Source: an uncultured Pelagibacteraceae bacterium
Lineage (GTDB): Bacteria > Pseudomonadota > Alphaproteobacteria > Pelagibacterales > AG-422-B15
Assembly (NCBI GenBank): GCA_902571005.1
Contig: CACGAG010000007.1
Span: forward strand, 12,162 to 76,161
Reading direction: 5' to 3'
Length of the DNA: 64,000 nucleotides
The notes beneath the pieces were generated by a model that did no database searches, was not told where the DNA came from, and saw only the letters and a list, made by a program, of their open reading frames with translations. Positions 36,887 through 45,386 of this stretch are shown here, in pieces. Both the position numbers and the translations under genes were made by a program. Each line of letters starts with the position of its first letter. Position 1 is the stretch's first letter.

Positions 36887-37516
36887 TTAATTCTTAATCG
36901 ATATTTCCACTGCATCATATATATTATTTCTATACTCTAATTTCGAGCTAAAATTTTGAGACAGATATTCCCCGGATTCTCTCACATGGTCGAAATATTC
37001 AGCCATTTCATCTTTAAAAATCCCAACATTATCAGCAAATACTACAGAATTTTTGACAATTATGCCCTTTGATTCCAAAAGTTTTAAATCCGAAAGATAC
37101 TTTTTCTTCGCATGGTCAATAAATACAAAATCAGCATTGAAATTTAATTTTGGTATTATTTCCTCAGCACTTCCGTGCATCAAGTTTACTTTATGATCAA
37201 GTCCAGCAAAGTTAATTAATTCTTTCGCTATTTCTATAGAGTGAATGTCAGAGTCAATCGAAGTTAATTGACTTTTTTCTCCAATAGTTGATGAGATTAA
37301 TACTGCTGAATATCCAATAAAAGTTCCTAACTCTATTACATTATTTGGTTTTGACTTTAAAAGATGATTTTTTAAAATTTCTCCTTTCTCTGGACCGACA
37401 TTCATTAAGAACTGACCACTTTCTAACACAAAATTATCTATTGTTTGCAGAATAGATTTCGGATTGTTTCTTTCAGCATTTGAAAAAACATAATCCAAAG
37501 TTTGTCGCATCAACAT
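36887..37516 (-). CDS. class I SAM-dependent O-methyltransferase (catechol-OMT-like)
   Basis: VIELGTFIGYSA SAM motif and DFVFIDHAK, about 209 aa. Confidence 0.7.
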   Translation of the reverse strand: MLMRQTLDYVFSNAERNNPKSILQTIDNFVLESGQFLMNVGPEKGEILKNHLLKSKPNNVIELGTFIGYSAVLISSTIGEKSQLTSIDSDIHSIEIAKELINFAGLDHKVNLMHGSAEEIIPKLNFNADFVFIDHAKKKYLSDLKLLESKGIIVKNSVVFADNVGIFKDEMAEYFDHVRESGEYLSQNFSSKLEYRNNIYDAVEISIKN

Positions 37517-37519
37517 AAG

Positions 37520-38146
37520 TTATTTTAGCGGACTAGCGGCGCCCCAGTAATGATAGCTTAAAAATTTTGGTCCAGGAACATACATGCTGTCTATTTTATC
37601 TATTTTAAAATTAGCTTTCGTTATTTCATTTGGAATATCTACATCAAGATGACAACCGCCCGCTATCCTTTTTTGAATCCCGTTCATTCTTTTTTGCCAT
37701 TTCAAAACATTTGAGTCAGGAGATTTGCCATGTTCAGAGAATAGAAATTTAGCGTTTGGTTTCATAACTCTGTTTATTTCAGACATAGCACTGTCTAAGC
37801 CAGGAATGGAACACATTGTGTAAGTGCTAATCACTGTATCAAATGAGTTATTATCGAAAGGTAACTCCTCAGCCTTAAGTTGTTGGATATTCAAATCTAT
37901 ATTGTTTAATTCTGCATTTTGTTTTGCTTTTTTCAACAATACGCCATCCGGCTCAACAGCAAACACCTCAGATACATTTGCTTTATTGTAATAATTGAAA
38001 TTTAATCCTGAACCAATACCTATTTCTAATACTCTACCAGACGCAAAGGGTATGACTTTTTCTCTTTGTTTTCTGAATGGTTTCATTTGCATCGCATAAT
38101 TAATGAGATGCGGACAAATATATTTATCGTATAGTTTTTGCAGCAA
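37520..38146 (-). CDS. class I SAM-dependent methyltransferase (Methyltransf_11-like)
   Basis: VLEIGIGSGLN motif I. The start codon is TTG and is uncertain. Confidence 0.7.
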   Translation of the reverse strand: MLQKLYDKYICPHLINYAMQMKPFRKQREKVIPFASGRVLEIGIGSGLNFNYYNKANVSEVFAVEPDGVLLKKAKQNAELNNIDLNIQQLKAEELPFDNNSFDTVISTYTMCSIPGLDSAMSEINRVMKPNAKFLFSEHGKSPDSNVLKWQKRMNGIQKRIAGGCHLDVDIPNEITKANFKIDKIDSMYVPGPKFLSYHYWGAASPLK

Positions 38147-39172
38147 TTATTTTACACCTAATTTTTTTTGAATATCGCTTGATGAAGTTGTGTATCGAAA
38201 TGTTAGCGTTTCATCTGGTCTAGCGCGTATAAAAGCTTTCTGTGCTGCTAGGGCGGCTTCATGAAAGCCTGATAGAATTAACTTTAGTTTACCTGGGTAA
38301 TAAGAAATGTCTCCCATTGCAAATACACCTGGTAAATTCGTTTCAAAATTTTCCGTATTTACCTCAATTTGTTTTTCATTCAAATTTAGGCCCCAATCAT
38401 TAATGGGTCCTAGCTCCATTTTAAGTCCATAAAAAATTAGGATTTCGTCACAATCTATAATTTTTTCATTTCCGTCATTATCTTTTATGATTGCATTTTC
38501 AACTCTATTACTGCCCTTAACATCACTAATCTGATTTTTTGTAATCAAGTCAACTTGACCTTCTTTAACAAGTTGTTTCATTAAATTAACCGTGTGATTA
38601 GCTGCTTTAAACTCATCACGTCTATGAACTAATGTTACATGAGAAGCAATTTTTGAAAGTTCAACAGTCCAGTCAAGCGCGCTATCACCTCCACCAAAAA
38701 TTATAATTTTTTTATCTTTATAAAAGTTTTTATCAGGTATCGAATATTGAATACCTTTATTTTCATATTTAGATACATTTTCAATTGGTGGTTTTCGTGG
38801 CTCGAATGAGCCAACGCCACCAGCTATAAATACATTCGGAGTTTCAAAAACTTTATTACCGGTAGTTTTAAGTTTCCATAAGTCGCCAGTATTTATTATT
38901 TCATCAATTCTTTCATTAAGGTGAAACGGCGTATTAAATGGCTTGATTTGTTTTTGTAAATTTTCAATTAATGATAATCCAGTACATTCTGGAAGCGCAG
39001 GTATATCGTAAATTGGTTTGTCTGGATATAACTCTGCACATTGTCCTCCAATTTTGTCAAGATTATCTACAACGTGACTATCAAGTCCTAATATACCTAA
39101 CTCAAATACTGCAAACAGTCCCACAGGGCCCGCTCCAATTATTAGACAATCTGTCTTGATAGTTTCAGACAT
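38147..39172 (-). CDS. thioredoxin-reductase-type ferredoxin-NADP(+) reductase
   Basis: CLIIGAGPVGLFA and IFGGGDSALDW dinucleotide motifs, about 340 aa. It lacks a CxxC redox pair. Confidence 0.75.
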   Translation of the reverse strand: MSETIKTDCLIIGAGPVGLFAVFELGILGLDSHVVDNLDKIGGQCAELYPDKPIYDIPALPECTGLSLIENLQKQIKPFNTPFHLNERIDEIINTGDLWKLKTTGNKVFETPNVFIAGGVGSFEPRKPPIENVSKYENKGIQYSIPDKNFYKDKKIIIFGGGDSALDWTVELSKIASHVTLVHRRDEFKAANHTVNLMKQLVKEGQVDLITKNQISDVKGSNRVENAIIKDNDGNEKIIDCDEILIFYGLKMELGPINDWGLNLNEKQIEVNTENFETNLPGVFAMGDISYYPGKLKLILSGFHEAALAAQKAFIRARPDETLTFRYTTSSSDIQKKLGVK

Positions 39173-39224
39173 ATATTTATTCCTTGTTATATGATAATAA
39201 ATAATATTACTTATTGAATATACA

Positions 39225-39824
39225 ATGATTTTATTGCGCAGATACCTATTATATTTTATTGCAGTAATATTGATTGCTGTGGCCTTTACTTACGCCTCTG
39301 CCAAGCTTTACGAAGAATTTGCATTTATCAAGAACGACAATTGGCAAATTTTGCCATCTCCAGGCGATAAAAATAGAGATATTTACACAAGGGCCGCTGT
39401 CGCAATGAGAGGAACATTTGCTATGGCAAAGCCTGAAGCTGCATATTTCCATGCATTTAATGACATTGAAGAACTAGAATTACAAGGTAACTGCAATTAT
39501 CATTTATTCGGAAATGATATTGAATCTAGATGGTGGAGTATTACCGTCTACAATGAGGACGGTTATTTAGTTGAAAATAATGAAAAAATATATGCTTTAA
39601 ATAGTGAAACAATTGATTTCAATATCGATGGCGGGTTCGATATTTTTTTAACTAATGACAATAATTTTATTTCAAAGGTATCTGATAAAAATTGGATGAG
39701 AACACCTAGTGATGAGAGTTTTTCCGTCGCATTAAGAATTTATTTACCAGGTGAAGAATATTTCTCAAAATTGAAGAGAGTGGATTTGCCAGTTATTGAA
39801 AAATTGGAGTGTGGTGATGAGTAA
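39225..39824 (+). CDS. membrane-anchored DUF1214-like protein
   Basis: N-terminal TM helix. The RAAVAMRGTFAM...YFHAF...RWWSITVY pattern resembles DUF1214, from memory. Confidence 0.5.
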   Translation: MILLRRYLLYFIAVILIAVAFTYASAKLYEEFAFIKNDNWQILPSPGDKNRDIYTRAAVAMRGTFAMAKPEAAYFHAFNDIEELELQGNCNYHLFGNDIESRWWSITVYNEDGYLVENNEKIYALNSETIDFNIDGGFDIFLTNDNNFISKVSDKNWMRTPSDESFSVALRIYLPGEEYFSKLKRVDLPVIEKLECGDE

Positions 39825-40344
39825 TTTAATTAAAAAATTATTTGCACTTGTATTCATTGGGTTTTCACTTCATCTAGTGATGATTTACTACACACCTAGT
39901 TTAATGATGAAGTTTATCGGAAGAAATTGGGAAGAGCAAAATATGATTAATAATTCCTTTGCTCGCGATTTACCTGACTCAGAATTTACTGAAGTTATAA
40001 GACCAAGCGCTGACATACTTTATGGTGGATGTGCTTATGACGTTACTTACTTTCCATTGGTTATAGAAACTGAAGTACCTGAGTCTTACTGGTCGATATC
40101 ATTCTTTTCAGAAAACACTGACAACTTTTCTACAATAAATGAAAATGCGCACAACTTTGGTAAGCTTAAAATTTATTTGTTTGGGCCAAATTCTATGCCA
40201 ACAAAGGTAAATGATGGGTTTATTGTTGTTTCCCCGTCTAATAAAGGCCTTATGTTAATGAGACAATTTATAGGAAATGGTTCTAAACTTGATAAATTAA
40301 ATGAGATACAAAATAGTTTAGACTGTCAACTTGAGGGTTCTTAA
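39817..40344 (+). CDS. membrane-anchored DUF1254-like protein
   Basis: N-terminal TM helix. The track start at 39796 is a TTG. The ATG at 39817 (MSNLIKK) has GGAG 8 nt upstream and an ATGAGTAA overlap with the upstream stop. Confidence 0.45.
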   Translation: MSNLIKKLFALVFIGFSLHLVMIYYTPSLMMKFIGRNWEEQNMINNSFARDLPDSEFTEVIRPSADILYGGCAYDVTYFPLVIETEVPESYWSISFFSENTDNFSTINENAHNFGKLKIYLFGPNSMPTKVNDGFIVVSPSNKGLMLMRQFIGNGSKLDKLNEIQNSLDCQLEGS

Positions 40345-40661
40345 AACTGCTTCTCAGGCATATTAACAACTAAACCGTCTAGCTCATCAGAGACAGTAAT
40401 TTGACAACTTAATCTGCTGTTATCTTTGACGTCGAAAGCAAAATCTAGCATATCTTCCTCTGAGTCCTCTTTCGGAGGCAGTTTTTCTATCCATTCTTTT
40501 GCTACATATACATGACAAGTAGCACATGCACATGCACCGCCACAATCTGCATCAATACCAGGTATTTTATTCTTGATCGCACCCTCCATGACCGTCAGCC
40601 CACTACTAACATCAATTTCGTGCTCCGCGCCGCTAAATTCGATGTATTTGATCTTTGCCAT
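40341..40661 (-). CDS. adrenodoxin-type [2Fe-2S] ferredoxin
   Basis: [12 protein letters not shown] plus the distal Cys (LSCQI). The start was re-set to [11 protein letters not shown] at 40661. The 19-codon track extension looks spurious. Confidence 0.85.
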   Translation of the reverse strand: MAKIKYIEFSGAEHEIDVSSGLTVMEGAIKNKIPGIDADCGGACACATCHVYVAKEWIEKLPPKEDSEEDMLDFAFDVKDNSRLSCQITVSDELDGLVVNMPEKQF

Positions 40662-40716
40662 TGAGATTTTTTTAAGAATATTTAAAAATGTATTGCTTAA
40701 GGGGATCAAATACATC

Positions 40717-40759
40717 AAAAAAGCGCCAAAGCAAGAATTTTCTCACTTTAGCGCTTTTT
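40717..40759 (-). terminator. intrinsic terminator in the ferredoxin leader
   Basis: The minus-strand RNA GCGCUAAAGUGAGA-AAAU-UCUUGCUUUGGCGC forms a 14-bp stem including 3 G-U pairs, followed by U6. In the plus-strand RNA the three wobbles become A-C mismatches. Confidence 0.55.
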
Positions 40760-40830
40760 CTGGGGCCGGTCGAACCCCGAAACGCATGAACGTCTCATTG
40801 CGAATGGTCATTCTAGAAAGGTATTTTTTT
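40760..40830 (-). promoter_or_regulatory. GC-rich structured leader (candidate riboswitch, attenuator or small RNA)
   Basis: A local GC island in an AT-rich gap. It has a GGGG/CCCC hairpin, two further hairpins, and a GCGUUUC segment able to pair with the 5' arm of the terminator. Confidence 0.3.
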
Positions 40831-40911
40831 GAAACAAGGGGTTATTTATGCAAAAAAGTTATCCACACGAATTAAGCACACTTATCCCCATTCAAACATT
40901 AACTTATTAAC

Positions 40912-41907
40912 ATGATATCAAAGCCGTATTTATTATTTCTTGGAGACGCAAAAGATGATTTGGCAATAAAGACTGCTGCGGGCGTTAATTACTGGCGTCC
41001 AGATTGGTGTATCGGTCAAATGAGCCTTCCAAATGCCAAATCTAGCTTAGGTTTACAGGAAATGAGTATAGAAGAAGCTGTTAAGAATGGTGCAAAGACA
41101 TTTGTTATTGGCGTGGTGAATGCCGGGGGCGTTATGCCTGAAGAATGGAAATCAATTATAATTAATGCAATATCATCTGGAATGAATGTAGCCAGCGGAA
41201 TGCATACAAAACTATCCTCGTTTAGTGAAATTGCAGAAGCGGCTGAAAGAAATAATGTTCAACTTCATGATTTACGGTTTAGCAATAAACAATTTCAGAC
41301 AGGAAAAGGAATAAAACGATCAGGCAAAAGACTCCTTACTGTTGGAACAGATTGTTCTGTGGGAAAGAAATATACAGCACTCGCAATTGAAAGTGCGATG
41401 CAGAGTAATCAAATAGATGCATCTTTCAAAGCAACTGGACAAACTGGAATCTTAATAGCAGAAAATGGCATTGCAATTGATGCTATCGTTTCTGATTTTA
41501 TCTCAGGAGCAGTCGAATGGTTATCGCCTGACAATGATGATAATCACTGGGATATTATTGAAGGTCAGGGATCTCTGTTTCACCCTTCATTCGCAGGAGT
41601 TTCACTTGGATTGCTTCATGGAAGCCAACCGGATGCATTTGTTGTATGTCATGAACCAACACGAACTAATATGAGGGGTGTGGATACACCTTTACCGAGC
41701 ATCAGAGAGGTTATCGATCAGACAATACAAAATGGCAAGCTTACTAATAAGCAAATACAATGCATTGGCATCGCACTTAATACATCTAATTGTCAATCTG
41801 AGGCAAGTGATCATAAGGACAGATTATCTAAAGAATATGGCTTACCATGTTTGGACCCTTTACAAGACAGCCTTGATCCATTCATTCAGATTATTGAAAA
41901 AATTTGA
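40912..41907 (+). CDS. DUF1611-family protein (DgcN-like N-acetyltransferase)
   Basis: About 330 aa with the PYLLFLGDA...GTDCSVGKKYTA P-loop-like pattern typical of DUF1611. It is adjacent to an enolase-superfamily epimerase. Confidence 0.65.
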   Translation: MISKPYLLFLGDAKDDLAIKTAAGVNYWRPDWCIGQMSLPNAKSSLGLQEMSIEEAVKNGAKTFVIGVVNAGGVMPEEWKSIIINAISSGMNVASGMHTKLSSFSEIAEAAERNNVQLHDLRFSNKQFQTGKGIKRSGKRLLTVGTDCSVGKKYTALAIESAMQSNQIDASFKATGQTGILIAENGIAIDAIVSDFISGAVEWLSPDNDDNHWDIIEGQGSLFHPSFAGVSLGLLHGSQPDAFVVCHEPTRTNMRGVDTPLPSIREVIDQTIQNGKLTNKQIQCIGIALNTSNCQSEASDHKDRLSKEYGLPCLDPLQDSLDPFIQIIEKI

Positions 41908-41914
41908 AACATTA

Positions 41915-42898
41915 ATGTCTAATATTCAGATAAAGCATATATCTTGGGACTTAAACAAATCATTTACTATTTCTAGAGGCTCTAAAACTACAGCCGAAAC
42001 AATTGAAGTAAAGATAGAAAGTAATAATTTTTATGGTTATGGCGAATGTGTTCCTTATAAAAGGTATGATGAAACTATTGATAGCGTAACTTCGGAAATT
42101 TACAAATTAAAACCAGATATTGAACAAGGTAATATCAACTTAACTAATCTCGATAGTTTCTTAAAAAATGGGGCAGCAAGAAATGCAATAGACTGTGCGA
42201 TGTGGGATCTCGAATGTAAGATGAAAAATACTTCGATTTGGAAATTAATGGGAGTAACAAAGCCAACTACATTACCTGGTAGCTATACCGTAGTTTTAGA
42301 TGAGCCAGAAAAAATGATAGAGGACGTTAATAATCATCAAGAATTTCCAACATTAAAATTAAAAGTCAATAAAAACAATCTTCACGAAATCTTAACAAAA
42401 ACAAGAGAGCTTTCTCCAAATAAAGTAATAATCGTTGATGCTAACGAGGCATTCAATATAGATGACTTAAAATCAAACGCTGATTTATTTGTAAAAACAA
42501 AGATTGATTTAATAGAACAACCACTGTTATCTAAAAATGACAATGAGTTAAAAGGATTAAATTTTCCTGTTTCTATATGTGCAGATGAGTCATTTCATGA
42601 CAGTTCTGATTTGGCAAAAATGGCTCATAAATATAATACGATAAATATTAAACTCGACAAAACTGGCGGCCTTTCAGAAGCAGTAAAAATAGTCAAAGAA
42701 GCAAAAAAGTTAGATCTAAATATCATGCTTGGATGCATGGTCTCCAGTTCCTTATCAATGTTGCCGTTACTACCGCTATATGAACACGCAGATTTTATAG
42801 ATCTCGATGGACCTTGCTTTATAGCTAATGATAGAAAAAATGGACTTATTTATGAAAACGGTATGATGCTAGTTAAGGAAGATCTTTGTTGGGGTTAA
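41915..42898 (+). CDS. enolase-superfamily dipeptide epimerase / N-acyl-amino-acid racemase (DgcA-like)
   Basis: The start was re-set to MSNIQIKHISW at 41915, because the track ORF runs in from inside the previous gene. KLKV...DANE...IEQP...DES catalytic-residue spacing is present. Confidence 0.7.
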   Translation: MSNIQIKHISWDLNKSFTISRGSKTTAETIEVKIESNNFYGYGECVPYKRYDETIDSVTSEIYKLKPDIEQGNINLTNLDSFLKNGAARNAIDCAMWDLECKMKNTSIWKLMGVTKPTTLPGSYTVVLDEPEKMIEDVNNHQEFPTLKLKVNKNNLHEILTKTRELSPNKVIIVDANEAFNIDDLKSNADLFVKTKIDLIEQPLLSKNDNELKGLNFPVSICADESFHDSSDLAKMAHKYNTINIKLDKTGGLSEAVKIVKEAKKLDLNIMLGCMVSSSLSMLPLLPLYEHADFIDLDGPCFIANDRKNGLIYENGMMLVKEDLCWG

Positions 42899-42899
42899 A

Positions 42900-43085
42900 C
42901 TATTTTTCTACTTTTGGTGTAAAGATTTTCTTTCCATTGTAAGTGCCGGTTGTCATATCAACATGATGAGAAAGTCTCATTTCACCAGACTCTTTATCTT
43001 CAATAAAATTTTTTCCCTTTAGACGTAAATGAGATCTTCTCATACCTCTTTTAGAATTCGATATCTTACTCTTTGGGACAGCCAT
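42900..43085 (-). CDS. rpmF: 50S ribosomal protein L32
   Basis: MAVPKSKISNSKRGMRRSH N-terminus. Confidence 0.9.
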   Translation of the reverse strand: MAVPKSKISNSKRGMRRSHLRLKGKNFIEDKESGEMRLSHHVDMTTGTYNGKKIFTPKVEK

Positions 43086-43096
43086 TTTATTTTCCT

Positions 43097-43561
43097 TTAT
43101 AATTTAGTTGGATTTGGTTCATCTCCGTAAACTTCATCAGGATCAAAAACTTTTTCTTCTGTGGTGAACCTTAATCCAGACTTATTTGCAGTATCTTCTA
43201 AGTCAATTTCACGGTAAAAACAAGACTTATAACCAACATGACAACTAGCTCCATTTTTTCCTATATCAACCTTCAAACAAAGGGCATCTTGATCATCATC
43301 AATTAGGATTTCCTTTACTTTTTGAGTATATCCACTTTTAGCTCCTTTATGCCATAATGCATTTCGACTTCTGCTAAAGTAGAAAGCTTCTTTTGTTGAA
43401 ATAGTTTTTTCAAGTGCCTCTTCATTCATAAAACCTGTCATTAAAATTTCATTAGTTCTATAGTCAACTGTTGTAACAACTATCAAACCATTATCATCGA
43501 ATTTAGGAGCTAGTTCATTACTCTCTTCAACTTGTTGTACTGATTGTCTTTTCTTAAACAT
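43097..43561 (-). CDS. hisI: phosphoribosyl-AMP cyclohydrolase
   Basis: SRSRNALWHKGAKSGYTQKV and GASCHVGYKSCFYR motifs. Confidence 0.9.
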   Translation of the reverse strand: MFKKRQSVQQVEESNELAPKFDDNGLIVVTTVDYRTNEILMTGFMNEEALEKTISTKEAFYFSRSRNALWHKGAKSGYTQKVKEILIDDDQDALCLKVDIGKNGASCHVGYKSCFYREIDLEDTANKSGLRFTTEEKVFDPDEVYGDEPNPTKL

Positions 43562-43635
43562 AATTTATACTTGTCAAATAATTTAGGGTGGGTTTAACTT
43601 AAAAAATTAAATAATTCAATTAATTAAACATAAAT

Positions 43636-44133
43636 ATGACAAACAATAAAGATCCTATAAAACCTGTCAGAGCCCAAGGCGCTAGGACAACGTTTTTCCC
43701 TCCATATGCCCTAATGATTGGGTTGATAGCATCAAGCCTCCTTGACAGTTTTTTTATGCATTTGCCTCTCTTTAAAGGAAGTATGATAGTTTTAATCATC
43801 GGATTAATTATTGCTGTTTCCTCTTTTTTAATGGCTATTTACACCTTAAAAATATTTTCTGACAATGAAGAAAACCCTCACCCAAAATCAGTTCAAAATC
43901 AATTGTTTGTTGGTGGAACATTTAAATATTCAAGAAATCCTATTTACTTAGCAATGGTAATAATTCTATTAAGTTGCGGACTAGCATTCAATTCATGGTG
44001 GTATGTAATTAGTGCGGCTATATCAATACCACTATTGACTTATGGAGTAATAATTCCAGAGGAAAAATATCTTGAAAAAGAATTCGGAAATGTTTACTTA
44101 GACTACAAGAAGTCCGTCAGAAGATGGCTTTGA
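43636..44133 (+). CDS. ICMT/PEMT-family membrane methyltransferase
   Basis: 4-5 TM helices and the C-terminal YSRNPIYLAM...EEKYLEKEFG motif. Confidence 0.65.
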   Translation: MTNNKDPIKPVRAQGARTTFFPPYALMIGLIASSLLDSFFMHLPLFKGSMIVLIIGLIIAVSSFLMAIYTLKIFSDNEENPHPKSVQNQLFVGGTFKYSRNPIYLAMVIILLSCGLAFNSWWYVISAAISIPLLTYGVIIPEEKYLEKEFGNVYLDYKKSVRRWL

Positions 44134-44155
44134 AATAACTTCATAAATTTTAAAT

Positions 44156-45385
44156 ATGTATAGTTTGCTTAAGGGAACGTGGGCCCTATTTTTTGGTGTT
44201 GCAATGATAATGCTTGCGAATGGGCTTCAAGGTAGCTTGATTGGAGTCAGAGCATCAATCGAAGGGTACTCCGCTGCATCAGCGGGTATTATACTTACTG
44301 GATATTATGCTGGATTCTTATCTGGAGCCCTTTTGATACCCCGTCGTATAAAAAGTGTTGGACATGTAAGAATGTTTGCAGCTCTTGCATCAATTGCTTC
44401 TATCTCAATTCTCTTGCATTCAATTCATGTAAGTTTCTTTGGATGGTTTTTGATGCGTTTTATATCTGGAATGTGTTTTGTAGGCATGTACACCGTTGCA
44501 GAAAGTTGGATCAATGACCTTTCGGAAAATAATAATAGAGGTAAAGCTTTATCTATTTATATGATGGTTAGTATGGCTGGAAGTGCGGTAGGTCAGTTAT
44601 TTCTTAATTTAGCAAATCCAGAAACCGCATCTTTGTTTATGCTCGTTTCAATTCTAATTTCCATATCTCTCGTACCAATATTAATTGTTGTGAGTAAACA
44701 GCCAGATTTTAGTGTTACTGAGTTTTTAAATGTCAGACAGCTTTATGAAGCATCGCCTCTTGGAGTAATTGCCGCTATGATGACGGGTTTGGCTCATGGA
44801 ACTCTTTGGGGTATAGGAACCATATATGGTTTAAAAAGTGGACTATCAATTGAGCAGGTATCAATTTTTATGTTTACATTTATTATTGGGGGAGCACTAA
44901 ATCAGTATCTTATCGGCTATTTATCAGATACGTATGATAGAAGAACAATTATCGTAATTGTTGCTTTTTTAGCAGGCATCTTCTCTATTTTAGCTCTAAT
45001 TTTTGGTAATACTTTTTCTGTTCTCGTAGTAATTACTTTCATATTTGGAGGTCTGACTGTGCCTCTTTATGCGCTATCGATTGCACATACCAATGATTTT
45101 TTGTCAAAAAGAGAAATGGTTGCAGCAAGCTCAGGGCTTCAACTGGCAGGAGGCATAGGCCTTACAATTGGACCTATCTTAGGAGGGCTGGCAATCGATA
45201 TTATTGGAGCTTCAGGTTTTTGGATATATTTATTCCTAATTCACACCAGCCTAGGTTTGTTTGGGATATACAGAATGACGATCAGAACTGCTGTTCCTTT
45301 AGAGGATCAAGGAAGCACTGTGCTTGTAAGCAGTAGAGCTTCGCCTGTTTCTATGGAATTGTATCCAGACGCTGAGGAGGGTTAA
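44156..45385 (+). CDS. MFS transporter
   Basis: 12-TM hydrophobic pattern, 409 aa. Confidence 0.8.
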   Translation: MYSLLKGTWALFFGVAMIMLANGLQGSLIGVRASIEGYSAASAGIILTGYYAGFLSGALLIPRRIKSVGHVRMFAALASIASISILLHSIHVSFFGWFLMRFISGMCFVGMYTVAESWINDLSENNNRGKALSIYMMVSMAGSAVGQLFLNLANPETASLFMLVSILISISLVPILIVVSKQPDFSVTEFLNVRQLYEASPLGVIAAMMTGLAHGTLWGIGTIYGLKSGLSIEQVSIFMFTFIIGGALNQYLIGYLSDTYDRRTIIVIVAFLAGIFSILALIFGNTFSVLVVITFIFGGLTVPLYALSIAHTNDFLSKREMVAASSGLQLAGGIGLTIGPILGGLAIDIIGASGFWIYLFLIHTSLGLFGIYRMTIRTAVPLEDQGSTVLVSSRASPVSMELYPDAEEG

Positions 45386-45386
45386 T

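Noticed and set aside
40762-40780. GGGGTTCGACCGGCCCC (minus strand), which looks like a tRNA/tmRNA T-arm (GGTTCGA)
   Set aside because: The stem is only 4 bp with a 9-nt loop. No acceptor, D or anticodon arms can be built from the flanks. It is not a tRNA, tmRNA piece or obvious tRNA fragment.
40745-40785. A resemblance of hairpin plus A-rich tail (CGGGG-UUCGACCGG-CCCCAG-AAAAAGCGCUAA) to class I preQ1 riboswitches
   Set aside because: The tail has no segment complementary to the loop to form the P2 pseudoknot. The downstream gene (ferredoxin) is not in the queuosine regulon. I treat it as an unknown class instead.
40573-40875. A 100-aa plus-strand ORF across the ferredoxin start and the intergenic gap
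   Set aside because: It is antisense to the ferredoxin Cys motif and runs through the terminator hairpin. The sequence is not protein-like. The region is better explained as structured RNA.
41678-41914. The N-terminal 79-codon extension of the epimerase ORF into the DUF1611 gene
   Set aside because: It is a run-in with no stop codon. The ATG at 41915 gives the conserved enolase-superfamily N-terminus and a 7-nt gap after the DUF1611 stop.
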